A stretch of DNA of 64,000 bases, taken from NCBI RefSeq assembly GCF_009914755.1, contig NC_060948.1; one strand, 5' to 3'. Origin of the DNA: the human T2T-CHM13v2.0 reference genome, Homo sapiens. The stretch's first letter is position 1. Each line of letters starts with the position of its first letter. Positions 22,516 to 35,319 of this stretch are shown one piece after another. The translations under genes were made by a program, and so were the position numbers. The notes below the pieces were generated by a model. That model was not told the DNA's origin. It did not search any database and worked only from the letters and a program-made list of their open reading frames with translations.

Positions 22516-25500
22516 CTAACAGTTCAGAAAATAAAGAGTAGCTGCCCGTATCAGATTGTTCAAATGAATGTGAGACCAGTCTGCAGGAGTCCTTGCCAAG
22601 ACCCGGGGAGACTCTGCTTGGCTTTTGTTTGACACGTGACCTACTTCAAGTCGCTGTTCCATGTTCATCGACTTCAAGCCCCCAATCCCGCTCCTTGCCA
22701 CTGCATCCCACTTCACTTGGCTGAGATGAGTTGTACTCATCCCAGGGTGACTTGTAGTCACCCTCATCATGACCGACTCCAAGTGACATATCCTCCCTCC
22801 ATGTCGCAAGTTCTTGTCCTTTACACGGATCTCCTTCCCCTTTTTCAAAGCAAAGCCTACATTTCTGCCTCTGCCTTTGATTATAATCCCTCTCCTAACT
22901 TTAGGATCCTGACTGAGCCACTGATCCCTATTTCTGTACAGAGCAGTTTTATAACTCTTACTCTCATAAAGGTGCTCAAGTCTGTTCTCCCCTGAAAAAA
23001 CAGAACAGACATCACACACCTGCACTCCCCCAGACATTCTAGCCAACTCACTTTTCATTCCCCACTTCCACCAAATGGACGGCAGTCCTTCCTGGGTTTT
23101 TCACGATTACTCAGATATGGATCCTTTCCGTATCTTTTCTTCTACTGCTGGTCTCTCTACCTGCCCTCACATCCACAGTTCTGACAGTTTCCTGCCATAT
23201 ACATGTGAAATCCTCACAGCACCAGCTTTGTCCTGGGTGGGATCATCCCAGTTTTTTTGTTTGTTTGTTTGTTTGTTTTTCTCATGCTCTTTCTATCCTC
23301 CATCCATCTAGCAACCAGTGCTGGCATGTTCACATTCCCTGTCATTCAGCTGCACCAGGGGCCTTTCTCACCATCTCCCTGGAATACTTAAAGAGCCCAC
23401 CCAGTCAAGACTCTCCGTGAAGTCAGTCTCTGCCTTCTAGTAACTTGTGGTCATTTGCACCAGGAATTTCCTGAGGGGAAGGTGTGTATCTTCTGTGCAG
23501 TGTCTCTGCTCTGTTAGAGTTCAACACCATGGTAGTCTGGGCTCCAAAAATCTGCCTTTATCTTTCCATATTGATTTCCTATAACACCACCAGCTTTGAC
23601 CTAGAAATATTTCATCTGTCTCAACCCACTCACTGGGGCCTGGCCATGGTTATGTCTTCCTTGCTTGGTATTCACCTTTACTGTCTCCTCGGCCTGCGGC
23701 CCTCCCACACTGTCATAAAGCCTGTTATGCTATTCAAAACCCAACTGAAATGCCATATCCTCCTTATTTCTGAAGGGACAAGTAACCAAACCACTCCAGC
23801 AGCTTACTTACACCATATCTTGCACCTGCTTGTTGAAAACCTACACATACTTGTTTTGTCCACTTCTATTTTTTTCCAGTGAAGCCCCATATTTTAGTAA
23901 ATTGTCTGTTCTCTCTGCATCTTGGCACAGATCCCTACATCTCAAATGTTTCATTAGACATCATTCTCAGAAACAATTATGCTGACCTTTCTCTTACAGT
24001 TCTGACACATAACCGATGTTTTTAAAGCTAGAAATGCTAATACGAAGAAAAATTCATAGGTTTACCAGAGGACTCTGAACCTTCTTGCTCTGCCTTGTTT
24101 TAAACTCATCCGCAGTGACTGAGTTAATTTCATGAATAAGAGAGAAGCAACACAGTTTTTCCTCTCTCTCCACCCCCCATCTCTTCTCAATCCTTCTCAT
24201 GAAATTAAAATACAAAAGAGGCGTTTGATAATTTCTGCAGGCAGAAAGGCAACTTTCTCTTTGCTAGAACAAGAAGTGAAAGTTACTCTAAGATGAGATT
24301 GTTTTCTTTTATGGAATAGTAATCTCAAAATAGGGATGTTGTTTAAGCACCTCTATATTTAGAAACAAAGAGGAAGAACAAACTGCTTTTCTGCTCTGGT
24401 GTATGTTTTGCACCTGCACGGTGGAATACAGAAACCTCTGTGGACACAAAGGCAAAGGAATAAAGTATGTTCATTGGGCACCTCATATCAGAGACACCAA
24501 ATTGCAGCCTTTTCCATTCCATCTGTGCCCAGATGAAGAGGTGAAATGATGAATATAAAAATTTCTCAATAACAACAATGCTACTCACTATGCTCCTTAA
24601 TAATTTTAAAGCTAGTATGATAATGTACATTCTCTCTCAGAGGCAGAACACCTCACTACTCAGTTGATTTTCTTTATTCTATCACATTATTTTCATTCCC
24701 TTGCTCAGGCCTGGGACAAACGGCTGCCTGTCAGAAACTCCTTCTTGGGGCCACCTTCCCTAATGATCAGCTGCAGCCCATTTCTTCTGCACTCCTGGGT
24801 AATGTCTTCCTGGCAATCTGCCTCAGTGACTAGAAATTCAGGAAGACAAGGGCTTGGTTGGGTTCACTGTTGTGCATTCAGCCCCAAGGAAAGTGCCAAG
24901 GAGAGATAGGCTTTAGATAAAATCTCTCTGAATGCTCTCCAAAGCAGATTTACTCTTGAATCAGCAAAGTCCAACTTCTCAAAACCCCTTGCCTCTTTAA
25001 GTAATTCTGTATGTTCTCGAGTGCCATGACTATAAGCAAGAAACTGCTAACAAGAGGTTTTGGAAATGTTTTGAAGATGATGCATTTTCAATATTTGTGG
25101 GGAAGAAAGTGTGGTTTAACTTGAGAAATTTTCTTTCGTGTTTGAGAATTAAACACTTTGATCCCAAAACAAAAGAGCCTGGCTGTTTGCTTAGCCCTAG
25201 AGCAAAGTGCAAAGCTCCCACAGCTCTCTTCCAGTCTCCCTGCACCTCCAGCAAGGAAAGTGGGTAATCTGAAAGAAGACTGGATTGAGAAAGTGGGCCA
25301 GACAAGAGAAGTCTGATGGCCAGTTTTTCTCCAGTGCTAAGTTAACTCAGCGTAACAGCTTTTCCAAAAATTAAAATACAAATATTTTCCCTAATTTCTT
25401 AAGACACGAAGGAAGCATATAGGTGGAAAAAGAAATAATATTTAAATGTTTCAATCACATAAAGTTCTCTAATGGGAGTTAACTATTATTTCAGTGTTTC

Positions 25501-25866
25501 ATCATGATCTCTCAAGATGATAAGGCCTTCATGAAATAGTTTTTGCCAAAGAGTTTTGGGGAAAAGTCTACCTAGTATGCTAGACACTGAATAGTTAATG
25601 AAAACACTTTCAAGAAACTCATCTCGGAAGCCAAAATGAGAAGTCCTTCATTGCAACGTGTGCTTTCCTCAGCATGGTCTTTACAAGATAACACAGAAGT
25701 TACTTCAGAAACGTCATTAACGACATAACGACACTATAAACCCCACACCAATACTTTGACTAGATTACACCTACAAAAAGACCTTCAGTGATACATGAAA
25801 TAATTCACAGAGTACACATTACACAGATGTGACCCTGCAGACTGTTAGTTAAAATAAATAACTTAC

Positions 25867-26003
25867 TTGGGTATTGATATGAGATGGGCACAGCAGCTGC
25901 AGCAGCACCCACAAGAGGCATATCTCCAGATATGCGTACACATGAGACATATCTCCAGAAGAGAACTCATCCATTTCAAGATGCCCGGGCACGTTTCCTG
26001 CAT
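25867..26003 (-). pseudogene. OFD1: OFD1 pseudogene exon 19
   Basis: AGNVPGHLEMDEFSSGDMSHV...AAAAAVPISYQYP versus OFD1 [36 protein letters not shown]. AG and GTAAGT are intact. An internal duplication of tctggagatatg.ctc.tgtg is present. Confidence 0.9.
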
Positions 26004-26054
26004 CTGCATGAGGCACAAATGGTTTTCCCATGAGTCGTTCCTTAGCAATAACCT

Positions 26055-26137
26055 CCTTCAGAAATAAGGAGGATATGGCATTTCAGTTGGGTTTTGAATA
26101 GCATATCAGGCTTTATGACAGTGTGGGAGGGCCACAG
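26055..26137 (-). repeat. 83-bp inverted copy of 23694-23776
   Basis: The reverse complement is identical at 81 of 83 positions. Confidence 0.95.
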
Positions 26138-27060
26138 TGCCATGTGGGGGCAACTGGCTGGAGCATGGGAACTGCAGCCAAAGTAACTAGGTGGACTTTT
26201 TCCTGAGCGGATTTTGTGAATTTCCAAACATAACCACTTGCCAATGTATTAGCTTGTCAGAGTCTTCTTGTACTTAAAAGAATTAACTTTGTTTACAAAA
26301 CTAGATTTCCCAACAAGAAAGTCAACCCAGTGACAGTGAAGAATCCATATGGCTTGTTGACAATAATCTGAATTCTTTTGAAATGTCAGTGATTTCACCC
26401 AAATACTTTAACAGATATTCACGAAATTTACGGAGCCCTCTCATTGACTTTTCAAAATATTATACTTCCAGATTTGAAGATGACTTTTACAAGACTAACC
26501 AATGGGTTACATACAAATATAAAGATTTCTCAAGCTGGAAAGAACCACAGAGATGATATGCTCTACATGCTTATTTTACACTTACAAAGTGACTACAAAG
26601 TGAGACAGTCTAAGGCAGGGCCACAGCCAGAACACCAGTTTCTGGACTCTTAATATTCTTTTATCTCCACTCTTTCACTAAAAATGAGGTTTTCTGGATC
26701 TGAGGAAATCAACAGAATCAGTTAATTTAAAGAAAAATAACATCCTTGTATTCCATATAAAGGAAGAAATACATATTTTAAAATCACTTATTTTAAATCT
26801 TATAAGTTAATGTATTTATGAGCTTAGCTCAAACTTTAAAATTAGTCATGCTGAAATACTTTAAAAGTAAACAGACACAATCACAAAAACTTCATGATAG
26901 AAAAATGAGCTGATATAGCTGTATTTGTAGTTTTGTCACAGAATAAAAATGATCCAATTTCTAACTGCTGTTTTGTTTTTATATCAATAGATACGCTTCA
27001 CCAAAATGAAACTTTCCAGATCTTCAACTTATGAAAACAGGTATTTATGTTGCAACTTAC

Positions 27061-27161
27061 ATTTAAAAGATGAGTCGAATTACTCATAATCCTTAGAAGT
27101 TAGCTTGTCCGCATCTGAAAATTCACTTTTACCTTGAAGTTCAATCTGTCTCTGGGAAAGA
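27061..27161 (-). pseudogene. OFD1: OFD1 pseudogene exon 18
   Basis: LSQRQIELQGKSEFSDADKLTSKDYE*FDSSFK versus [33 protein letters not shown]. 101 nt, AG and GTAAGT intact, in-frame stop. Confidence 0.92.
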
Positions 27162-27629
27162 CTAGATTGGAAGAATAAAATTCAAGAATGTGATGTTTTA
27201 GTAATGGAAAAGCCAAGAGCGTCAGGTGGCAAAAGTCCTTCTGTTACTCAAGAAAATGCTCTGAAAAATTCCTTTTCTCTTTTTTTTTTGTAAAGATTAA
27301 CTCCACCTCACCACCACAATGAGGTATTTTTCTCAGCAATTGACACCTGTTTACTCAGTTACTCCCTGTAACTATGTTATGCTGTGAAGTAGGCAATACA
27401 GTTGTTAAAGAAGAATAATGTTGGACTCTGAATGTTATTCCGAGGAGTTTCATTTTTCAATAGTAATAAAACATTTCTAAAAAAATTCTGCATATTACCA
27501 GCATGAACCAGCTGAGGTGGCAATAGCAAAAACTTGAGTGATTAGAGTGCCCTACTCAGCATATGTGTATGTTTTATCCTTCCTTTTGGCTTATCACAAG
27601 TACAAAAAAAGAAAAAAAAAAAAACACCT

Positions 27630-27913
27630 GGCCATGTGTGGTGGATCATGTCTGTAATCCTAGCACTTTGGGAAGCTGAGGCTGGAAGATCACAAGGTGA
27701 GGAGCCTGAGACCATCCCGGCCAATATGGTGAAAACCCATCTCTACTAAAAATACAAAAATTAGCAGAGCATGGTGGTGCGTGTCTGTAGTCCCAGTTAC
27801 TCATAGGGTGAGGCAGGAGAATTGCTTGAACCCAAGAGGCAGAGGCTGCAGTAAGGTGAGACTACACTCAAGCCAGGGTGACAGGGCAAGACTCTGTCTC
27901 AAAAAAAGAAAAA
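27630..27913 (+). mobile_element. Alu (AluS-like)
   Basis: Dimeric Alu with an A tail. Confidence 0.9.
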
Positions 27914-27932
27914 GCTTTGGAAACATGACTGG

Positions 27933-28442
27933 TGTTGCTGGAAACAGCAGACTAGAGAGGTTGATGTGGGGAAACTGGGGGATTTATTTATGTGCACCAG
28001 CTCAGCGAACTTATAACCAAAAAGGCTGAGTATTGAATAAAGACTGAGCAGGGCTCTTTATAAGCAAACTTTCAGAAGCAGAAGTAAAGCAGTTGATTAT
28101 ACAATGAAAGGTTATGTAATTTATAGCATAACTTTTGACTTTGCATAACATCTTGCCTTGCATAGCTGGGTTTTGCAGCTGTGTTGAAAGAAAAATGAAC
28201 CTACAAATTTTACTAAATACAAGCATTGGTAAACATAGTCATAATTAATGCTTCAGAAGAAGGAGAGACAGTAAAGTAATTTGCTTTTAATTTCAACTTT
28301 GCTCCAGTAAGGGGTATTTGCAACCCATTCACTTGGCCTCAACTTTTTAGACACTGTTATTTTATGACTGTCCTTGAAGTGAGCTAGATAGATGGAGAAA
28401 ATACTTGTTTTTTTTTTTCTTTGTCATACGTGTCTTGTCACA
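27933..28442 (-). repeat. 3' LTR of provirus 2
   Basis: Homologous to 36099-36670. Minus-strand AATAAA (27983-88) and TATAAA (about 28057-62). Confidence 0.88.
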
Positions 28443-28859
28443 TTTTTCTATTTTTTTTTGATACCATTTATAGGAGAAATTTAATAGAAGGCATTCGTAT
28501 TATTTTATTCTTTATGGGAAAGCATGTTTTCTTCTTTGGTCAAAGGTTGATATTTAGTTAGGGCTATTAACTCAGTAGCAGTATGCCTGGTCATATTGTT
28601 TTTGGACTATGTAGTATGTGTAGAAGTTGGGAATCCTTTTATGGGTACTTTTTTTTTTTATCAAGGTTAAGTGGGGAAATAACAGCAAAGCAATGAGTAG
28701 CATATTTATGTTTAGTGTGGTTAGAAGAGATTCATACCCAGGGGAGGAGGTTGAGTATAGTGACAGAATAACAGTAAAATAATTAGTATTACAGTGAAAA
28801 TTAGATTTAAGATTTTTAATTATATTTAACTTGCCTGATGAGTTTTTAAGTTTTGGCTG

Positions 28860-31800
28860 TGCGTAGACTAGTTATCTTCTGGAGTGTGATTAGAGCTGGG
28901 CTTGTTGTCCTCTTCTTCATCTTTAGTCTTGTGTGGATTCGTCGGCTTTTGGAGGGACCAGAGCAGGGCTGTTGTTCTCAGTGACAACTCTGTCTTGTTG
29001 CATGATTAGCTGCCTGTTTCAGCAAACCATGATGGATCGATTAAGGCATGATTCCTGCAATTTTAACAGCAGTGGGAGTGGATAAGATTACAAAATGGGA
29101 CCCATCCCTTATGGGTTCTAGAGAAGTTGGGTTTCATTTTTTAACCCAAAGAGAGTAGTTAGGTTTAAAGAAGCATGCTGGGCCTGTCGGGCTAATACGC
29201 ATTTCTTAATGTACCTGACGCTGAATACTTCACATGGCTATTTTTAAAACCTGCATTTGCTTTTTGAAGATTAATTTCCTTAGTTTGCAGAGATTACTTT
29301 TAATTTGACCTAAGATTTGGTGTGGCTGATTGAAAAAAATTTTATAGGGTGAATACCTAGTTTGTTTAGTGGGGTGCACCTGACTCGGATGAACACCATG
29401 GGCAGGATTTGATTTTATTATAGTTGATTTTTGTGATAATTTCTTTTGGTAAGTGCTTCAGTGATTTGTTTATGCATTTGGTTTTCTTTTTTTTTAACTT
29501 TGTTGTTGGTAGGCTGTGTGTAACTTTCATTTTATTTTATGCAACTTTGCTAGATTTTAAATTATTTCAACTATAATTGCTAAACTCTTGTTTGACTTCA
29601 AAGTTAGAGGCAGTTTAAACCTGGGGATAATGTTTTTAAACAGTATTTTAACTACTTTTTTGCCTTTTCAGTCCTCATTGGAAAACCTTAACCTATGTTG
29701 AAAAGGTGTAAATAAGTGCTAGTATAAAACAATAGCACCTGACATGGGACAGTTTTGTGAAGTTTACAAGTAAGTTTTTACAAGGCATAGCTTTTATTTT
29801 TTAGATCCCTGGGGGCTGGGTAGGCCCTTGCCCTGGGTTGTTTTGAGCATAAGTTTGTTTCGGGAATTCAGGGACCCTGAATGGAGGGACTGGCTGGAGC
29901 TGCGACAGAAGAACATAAATTGTGAAGATTTCATCGACATTTATCAGTTCCCTAATAGTACTCTTATAATTCCTTACAGCTGTCTTACTTTAGTCTCTTA
30001 ATCCTGTTTTCTTCGTAAGCTGAGAATGCATGTCACCTCAGGACCACTACTGTATAAATTGATTGTAACATATGTGTTTGAAAACGATGAAATCAGTGCA
30101 CCTTGAAAACGAACCAAATAACAGCAGTTTTAGAGAACAAGGGAAGACAACCATAAAGACTGACTGCCTGTGGGCTTGGGCAAAAAGAGCCATATTTTTC
30201 TTCTTGCAGAGAGCCTATAAATGGACTATAAATGTGCAGGTATGACAGATATCACTAAATTCTTTTACTAGCAAGGAATATTGATAATTGATCCTCTGGG
30301 AAAATAATTGCATTCCTGGGGGGAGGTCTATAAATGGCCACTCTGGGAGTGTCTGTCTCATGCGGTTGAGATGAGGACTGAAATACGCCCTGGTCTCCTG
30401 CAGCAACCTCAGGCTCACTAGGGTGGGGAAAAACCCCACCCTGGTGAATTTGAGGTCAGACCATTTCTCTGCTCTTAAACCCTGTTTTCTGTTGTTTAAG
30501 ATGTTTATCAAGACAATAAGTGCACAGCTGAACATAGACCCTCATCAGTAATTCTAATTTTTCCTTTTGCCTTGTAATCTTGCTTTGCCCTTTGCCTTGT
30601 GGTCTTTATTGGCCTCAGAAGAATGTGATCTTTGTTCTCCTATTGCTTTTTGAAGAGTGTGATCTTTGGGACCTACTCTCTGTTTGTACACCCGCCTCCC
30701 CTTGTGAAGTCCTTAGAAAAACCTGCTGGTTTTGTGGCTCAGGTGGGCATCAGGGTCCTACCTGTATGTGATGTTATCCCCAGTGGGCCAGCTGTAAAAT
30801 TCCTCTCTTTGTACTCTTTCTCTTTATTTCTCAGGCTGGCCAACACTTAGAAATATAAAAAGAACCTATGTTGAAATATTGGGGGCAGGGTCCCCAGATA
30901 TAAGTTAAGTTTGTTCACAAACACCTTGAATGATGGCAGTGAGTTCTGGCATGCAGAAGTGGCATTTCAGTAAGTTTTTAGTGCCATTTTTCACATATGA
31001 GTTTTTTGTATAATTTGCTTGAAAAATTATTTCCGCAATGGCTAATTTACTGTTATACAACTTTTATCAATTTTTGTTAATATATTTTCTAGTTTTTTTG
31101 ATAAACGAGGCCCTCTCATTTGGAGTGTAACTTGGGATATTTTGGAGTGGAGGTTCTGGGATGAGAGGCATATTTAAGGTTCTTTTAAAAATTATGGCAT
31201 AATTATTTCTTCCTGTTTTGCCTTCCTGTTAACTTTCCTATTTCCTTTGGCTTTTGATGTCCCTGCATTTTGGTGCCCCCAATAATGCATTATTACTACT
31301 TTTTCTGGAGCCTATACAGCTGTTAAGAGCTGTAGAATTTTTTCTTAGTACTTTATTTTTTTGCCTCCAGCTGTTAAGAGATTTTCTTTTTATACACATT
31401 TCTATGAACATGTAGTGTTGTAAAAGTATATTTAGAGTCTGTATAAATATTCAGCTTTTTGTCTTTTGGTAGCAAAAGGGCACTTGGTAGGGCTATTGAT
31501 TTTGCCTTTTGGGCTCATGTTCCAGTAGGCAGAGATTGAGCTTCTACCATTGAGTTTAATGTTACCACTGCATACCCTGCTTGTTGGATATTTTTCTAGC
31601 TGAAAACTACTTTAATTTATGAAGTATTAAACATCTGAGTTTTTGAGGGGTTGATCTGTAAGGTCTCCTTTTCCAGAAAATATTTCATCCACTTTTTAGA
31701 CACAGTTATGGAGGGGAGCTTCAGGTTCAACTAGGAGCAGCGTGGTTGGGCTTAAGGGGTTTACTGCTTTTTAAGTAATGTAAGGGTTTTCGTACAGAAG

Positions 31801-33591
31801 CCCTTGGTACTGCATTATTCTCAGAATTGATAACCAGTGGGACCTTCTTTGGCTCATTGATGTTTCGACTGAGTGTGGCACCTGGACGGTTAGCTGCTGT
31901 CTCAAATTAAGTTTGTTAGCCTCTTGTGTTAGCAAGGCAGTGGTGGCTAATGCCTTAAGGCAAGGAGGCCATCCTAGTGCCACAGAGTCTAATTGTTTAG
32001 TTAAGTATGCCGCTGGACAATGCTATAATTTTATAATTTGGGTTAAGAACACTGAAGCCATTTCTTTTCACTTATGGATGTATAGAAAGAAAGGCTTAGT
32101 TATGTTTGGCAGTCCAAACGCTGGGGCCTGAGTTAAGGCTTTTTTTTTTTTTTTAATTTGTTTAAATGCTTTTTGCTGTATGATCCTTTTCCAGAGGAGG
32201 GTTTCTTTATTTTCCCCCTTCATAATTTTATATGATGGCTTAGCCATCAGTGAGAAATTTGGGATTTAGATATGGTGGAATTTTTCTGCTTCTAAGAATT
32301 TGTTTTCTTTAATGCCTAGTGGTTGGGGTTGGGAGTGTACAAATGGCCTGCTTCCACTTATGGCCAAGGTGGCATTCCACGTGGCTTACAATGAAACCTA
32401 TATATTTGAAATTTTTATGAAAAATTGGGCCATTTGTTGAGATAATTTGTAACCTGTTTTTCATAGGAGATAGAGGAGGTCTTGGGTTTCTTGATAACAG
32501 CCCTCCTGGATTGGTGCTACTAAAGAAAGATCATCTACATACTGCAACAAGGCACAGTTATCCTTTGGCAGGTTGTAGGCTTTAAGGTCAGTGCTTCCCT
32601 AAAGATTGGGGGTGAGTCTTTGAACTTGTGAGAGCCTGGTCCAGGTGAGTTGCATAGCTTTTTTGTTTGATTGAAAGGCAAATATAGGTTGATTAACTTG
32701 GGCTAAGCAGATATAACAGAAAACATTCTTTAAGTTTAGGACTGTAAATCAGGTAGCAATGCTGGAATGAGATTTATTAAAATACATGCATTTGGTACCA
32801 CTGGATGGATGGTCACTGTGGCCCGGTTTGTGGCACACAGGTCGTACACTGGTCTATACTTATTAGACCCTGGTCCTGACAATGGTTTTCATATTGGCCA
32901 AAGTGGAGTGTTCTAGGGCAATTGACATCAAACAAAGATTTCATGTTGGTAAAGTGGGTTTAAATGTTTACAGACACCTTGAATAGCCTCTCGGGGGACT
33001 GGGTACTGTCAAACATAAGTCAGAGTTTCTTTTGGTTTTAACAGGACTACCACCTGTGCATGATTTACAGCTAACCCAGGTGGGGTGTCTTTAGCCCATA
33101 CTCCAGGAGTGGTATTAAGTAACTGAGAGAATGGTTTTTTCATTGCACCTGCATGTCTAATCTGCTGCTTGCACTTGCTTTGTATAAAGTTTCCATTTCT
33201 TAGCCTGCAGGATGATAAATGTTAACACCAGGGTTTTTGGGTGAGTCAGATTTAACGTTATACTTTTTGCACATGAAAAGCAATTTGTGCTTGCAGTTTT
33301 TGGAGTAAATTTTTTTCTTAGCAAAGGAACTGGACAATTCAGGAGGTATAGGAATTCATGTTGGATTTCTTGGCCTTTTATAACACACCTCCTTGACTGA
33401 CAGAACAGCTTTTTCTCTGTGACTCCCATGGCTTTTATAATAATTTTATTGCTTTTGGATAACGGCCCTATGGGTTGAGTGACTATTGAATGTGTACCCC
33501 TGGTGATTACCATAAAGTCCGTCAGCTGGCCTTCAACTTTTAATGTAACCATGGGCTCGTGGAAGTGTAGTAAGAAGGAGCCTGGTCTCTC
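28860..33591 (-). pseudogene. pol: pro-pol of provirus 2, disrupted and interrupted by MER11
   Basis: PR ORF 33157-33552; RT LLQYVDDL at about 32527-32550; ALGWPPCLKALAT (31771-31983); IN remnants at 28860-29855. Confidence 0.88.
29856..30900 (+). mobile_element. MER11 (HERV-K11/HML-8) solo LTR
   Basis: Starts tgtttcgggaattcagggacc...agaagaacataaattgtgaagatttcat and ends gaaatattgggggcagggtccccagata. 6-bp TSD TAAGTT (29850-55 / 30901-06). Confidence 0.93.
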
Positions 33592-33929
33592 CTAGTTGCT
33601 ATATCCTTTAGTGCAAGCCAGCCTATTTAGATTAGTATTTGGTTTTACCACATTGAGGCAGCCTTTAGCTGGTGACTTTTTTATACAACAGTCCTTATTA
33701 TATTTTTTACTCCCTTCTGGACATTTATTCTTTCAATATTTTTCTTTCCCATCGCACATATTGTTCTCTCTTTAGCCTCAACTGGCTTTTTGGACTAACT
33801 TGACCTCTTTCACATGCACATGCAAGTCCATGTCCTTGTATATACCTGGTCACTTTTTTTTTTTTTTTTTTTTTTTTTTAATGAAAGTGCTGCTAAGAGA
33901 TTGGCCTCTCTTTTTTAGCCTGTGATTTA

Positions 33930-33966
<37 letters not shown>

Positions 33967-35319
33967 CCTGGTAATAGTTAACATATATTTTGACAGCCAT
34001 TCCTATAAACTGGGATGTATTCATGCCTGCAAAACCCTGTAGCATTTGCAGCTTTTGCTGGATGTCACCCTTGGCCTGTCTTATAAATGCTGTGTTTACC
34101 ATGTGCTAATTTTCAGTAGCCTCAGTGTCAAATGGGGTTTAAAACCAGATTGTTTTACAAAGCTGTTTAAATAAAACTGGCTTGGTTTTTTATCTTTCTG
34201 AAGCATTTTGAATTTTTTTATATTAATTTCTTTTTTTTCCACAAGCTTTTGTCTCTGGCAAATGTGCCTCCCAGTACCTCTGCAGGCACTGATGCTGGCT
34301 TGCGTTATCTGGGTCTTAGTTGAGGCCTGCTTCTGGAAACTGATCCTGAGTATATGCCTGAGCATTTTCTGTGTTTGCTCATGCATTGGCTTCTAGCCAA
34401 TGAAGGGCTGCCTGAGTTATCCCCTGGCATTCCTTTGTATTAAACAACATTAAGAGAAGTTGCCTGCAATTTAGCCAGGTTGGATTGTGTGATAGAAAGA
34501 TGGACTGCAATAGGTTTATGAGAGCTTTGGGCTTTTCCCTGTAGGAGGGAGTGTGATGGTTTAAATTTAGTAGATTGGTGGTTGAAAAGGGCTGAGAGAG
34601 GAAGGCTTCTTGCCCCCCACAACCTGGATGTGGCGCTGGTCATTATAGTAGATGAGTCCTCATATTTCCCTGAGAGGCAGTTGCATAGCTTGAGGATGAC
34701 CAGATTTGAGACAGCCTGGTTGACTATTGTGACTTCCTTCCCTGGCCTCTCAAGTCTCCGATTCTTCTCTCTGTGGTGAAACTTGGGGAATGCTGGCAAT
34801 GGAACCAGGCTCCTGGGGGACTGTTGGCTTCAGCAAAGGGAGGTAGGCTGTGATATATGCAGGAGAAATTTATTTTCCTCTTCTGGCTTTTGTAAAACTG
34901 GTTTTTCTTGCTGTCCTGAGGACTTTTCCTTTAACTGAGTGTTTGCTGATGAAGCTGCTGTTATTTCACTTTTGGTTCAGCTAGCGCTATAAGTGTTTAT
35001 CAGTAGGCAGCTAAACAGGGCTCGGTACATGCTGTTCCTGTTTGTATTATATGTAATTATGAGTAAATATAAGAAAATTGGCCTGGGTGCCCTGGCTGTC
35101 CTTGGACCCCTGTCATTACCTCAAACTCATTTCCAGTTGTTTCTCTGGGTAGTCTTTTTGGGTCATCTATTTAACGCCAAAAGAGGGCTATTTTAGGTTA
35201 CAGAAAGTTTTTCACTTTTGGGGGGTTAGCTTAATTTTATAGTTCCCCGTAAAACCTTTCTCATTTTTTTTTTTTAGCATATATTTGAATGGTATATGTT
35301 TTGATGACTCTCTTCCCAT
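33592..35319 (-). pseudogene. gag: gag of provirus 2, disrupted
   Basis: ATG at 35319 (MGRESSK). MVNTAFIRQAKGDIQQKLQMLQGFAGMN is present. The gag-pro TAG is at 33592-94. Confidence 0.88.

Noticed and set aside
22516-23058. 180-aa minus-strand ORF
   Set aside because: It lies in OFD1 intron 19 in degenerate L2-like sequence, has no known motif and is absent from copy A.
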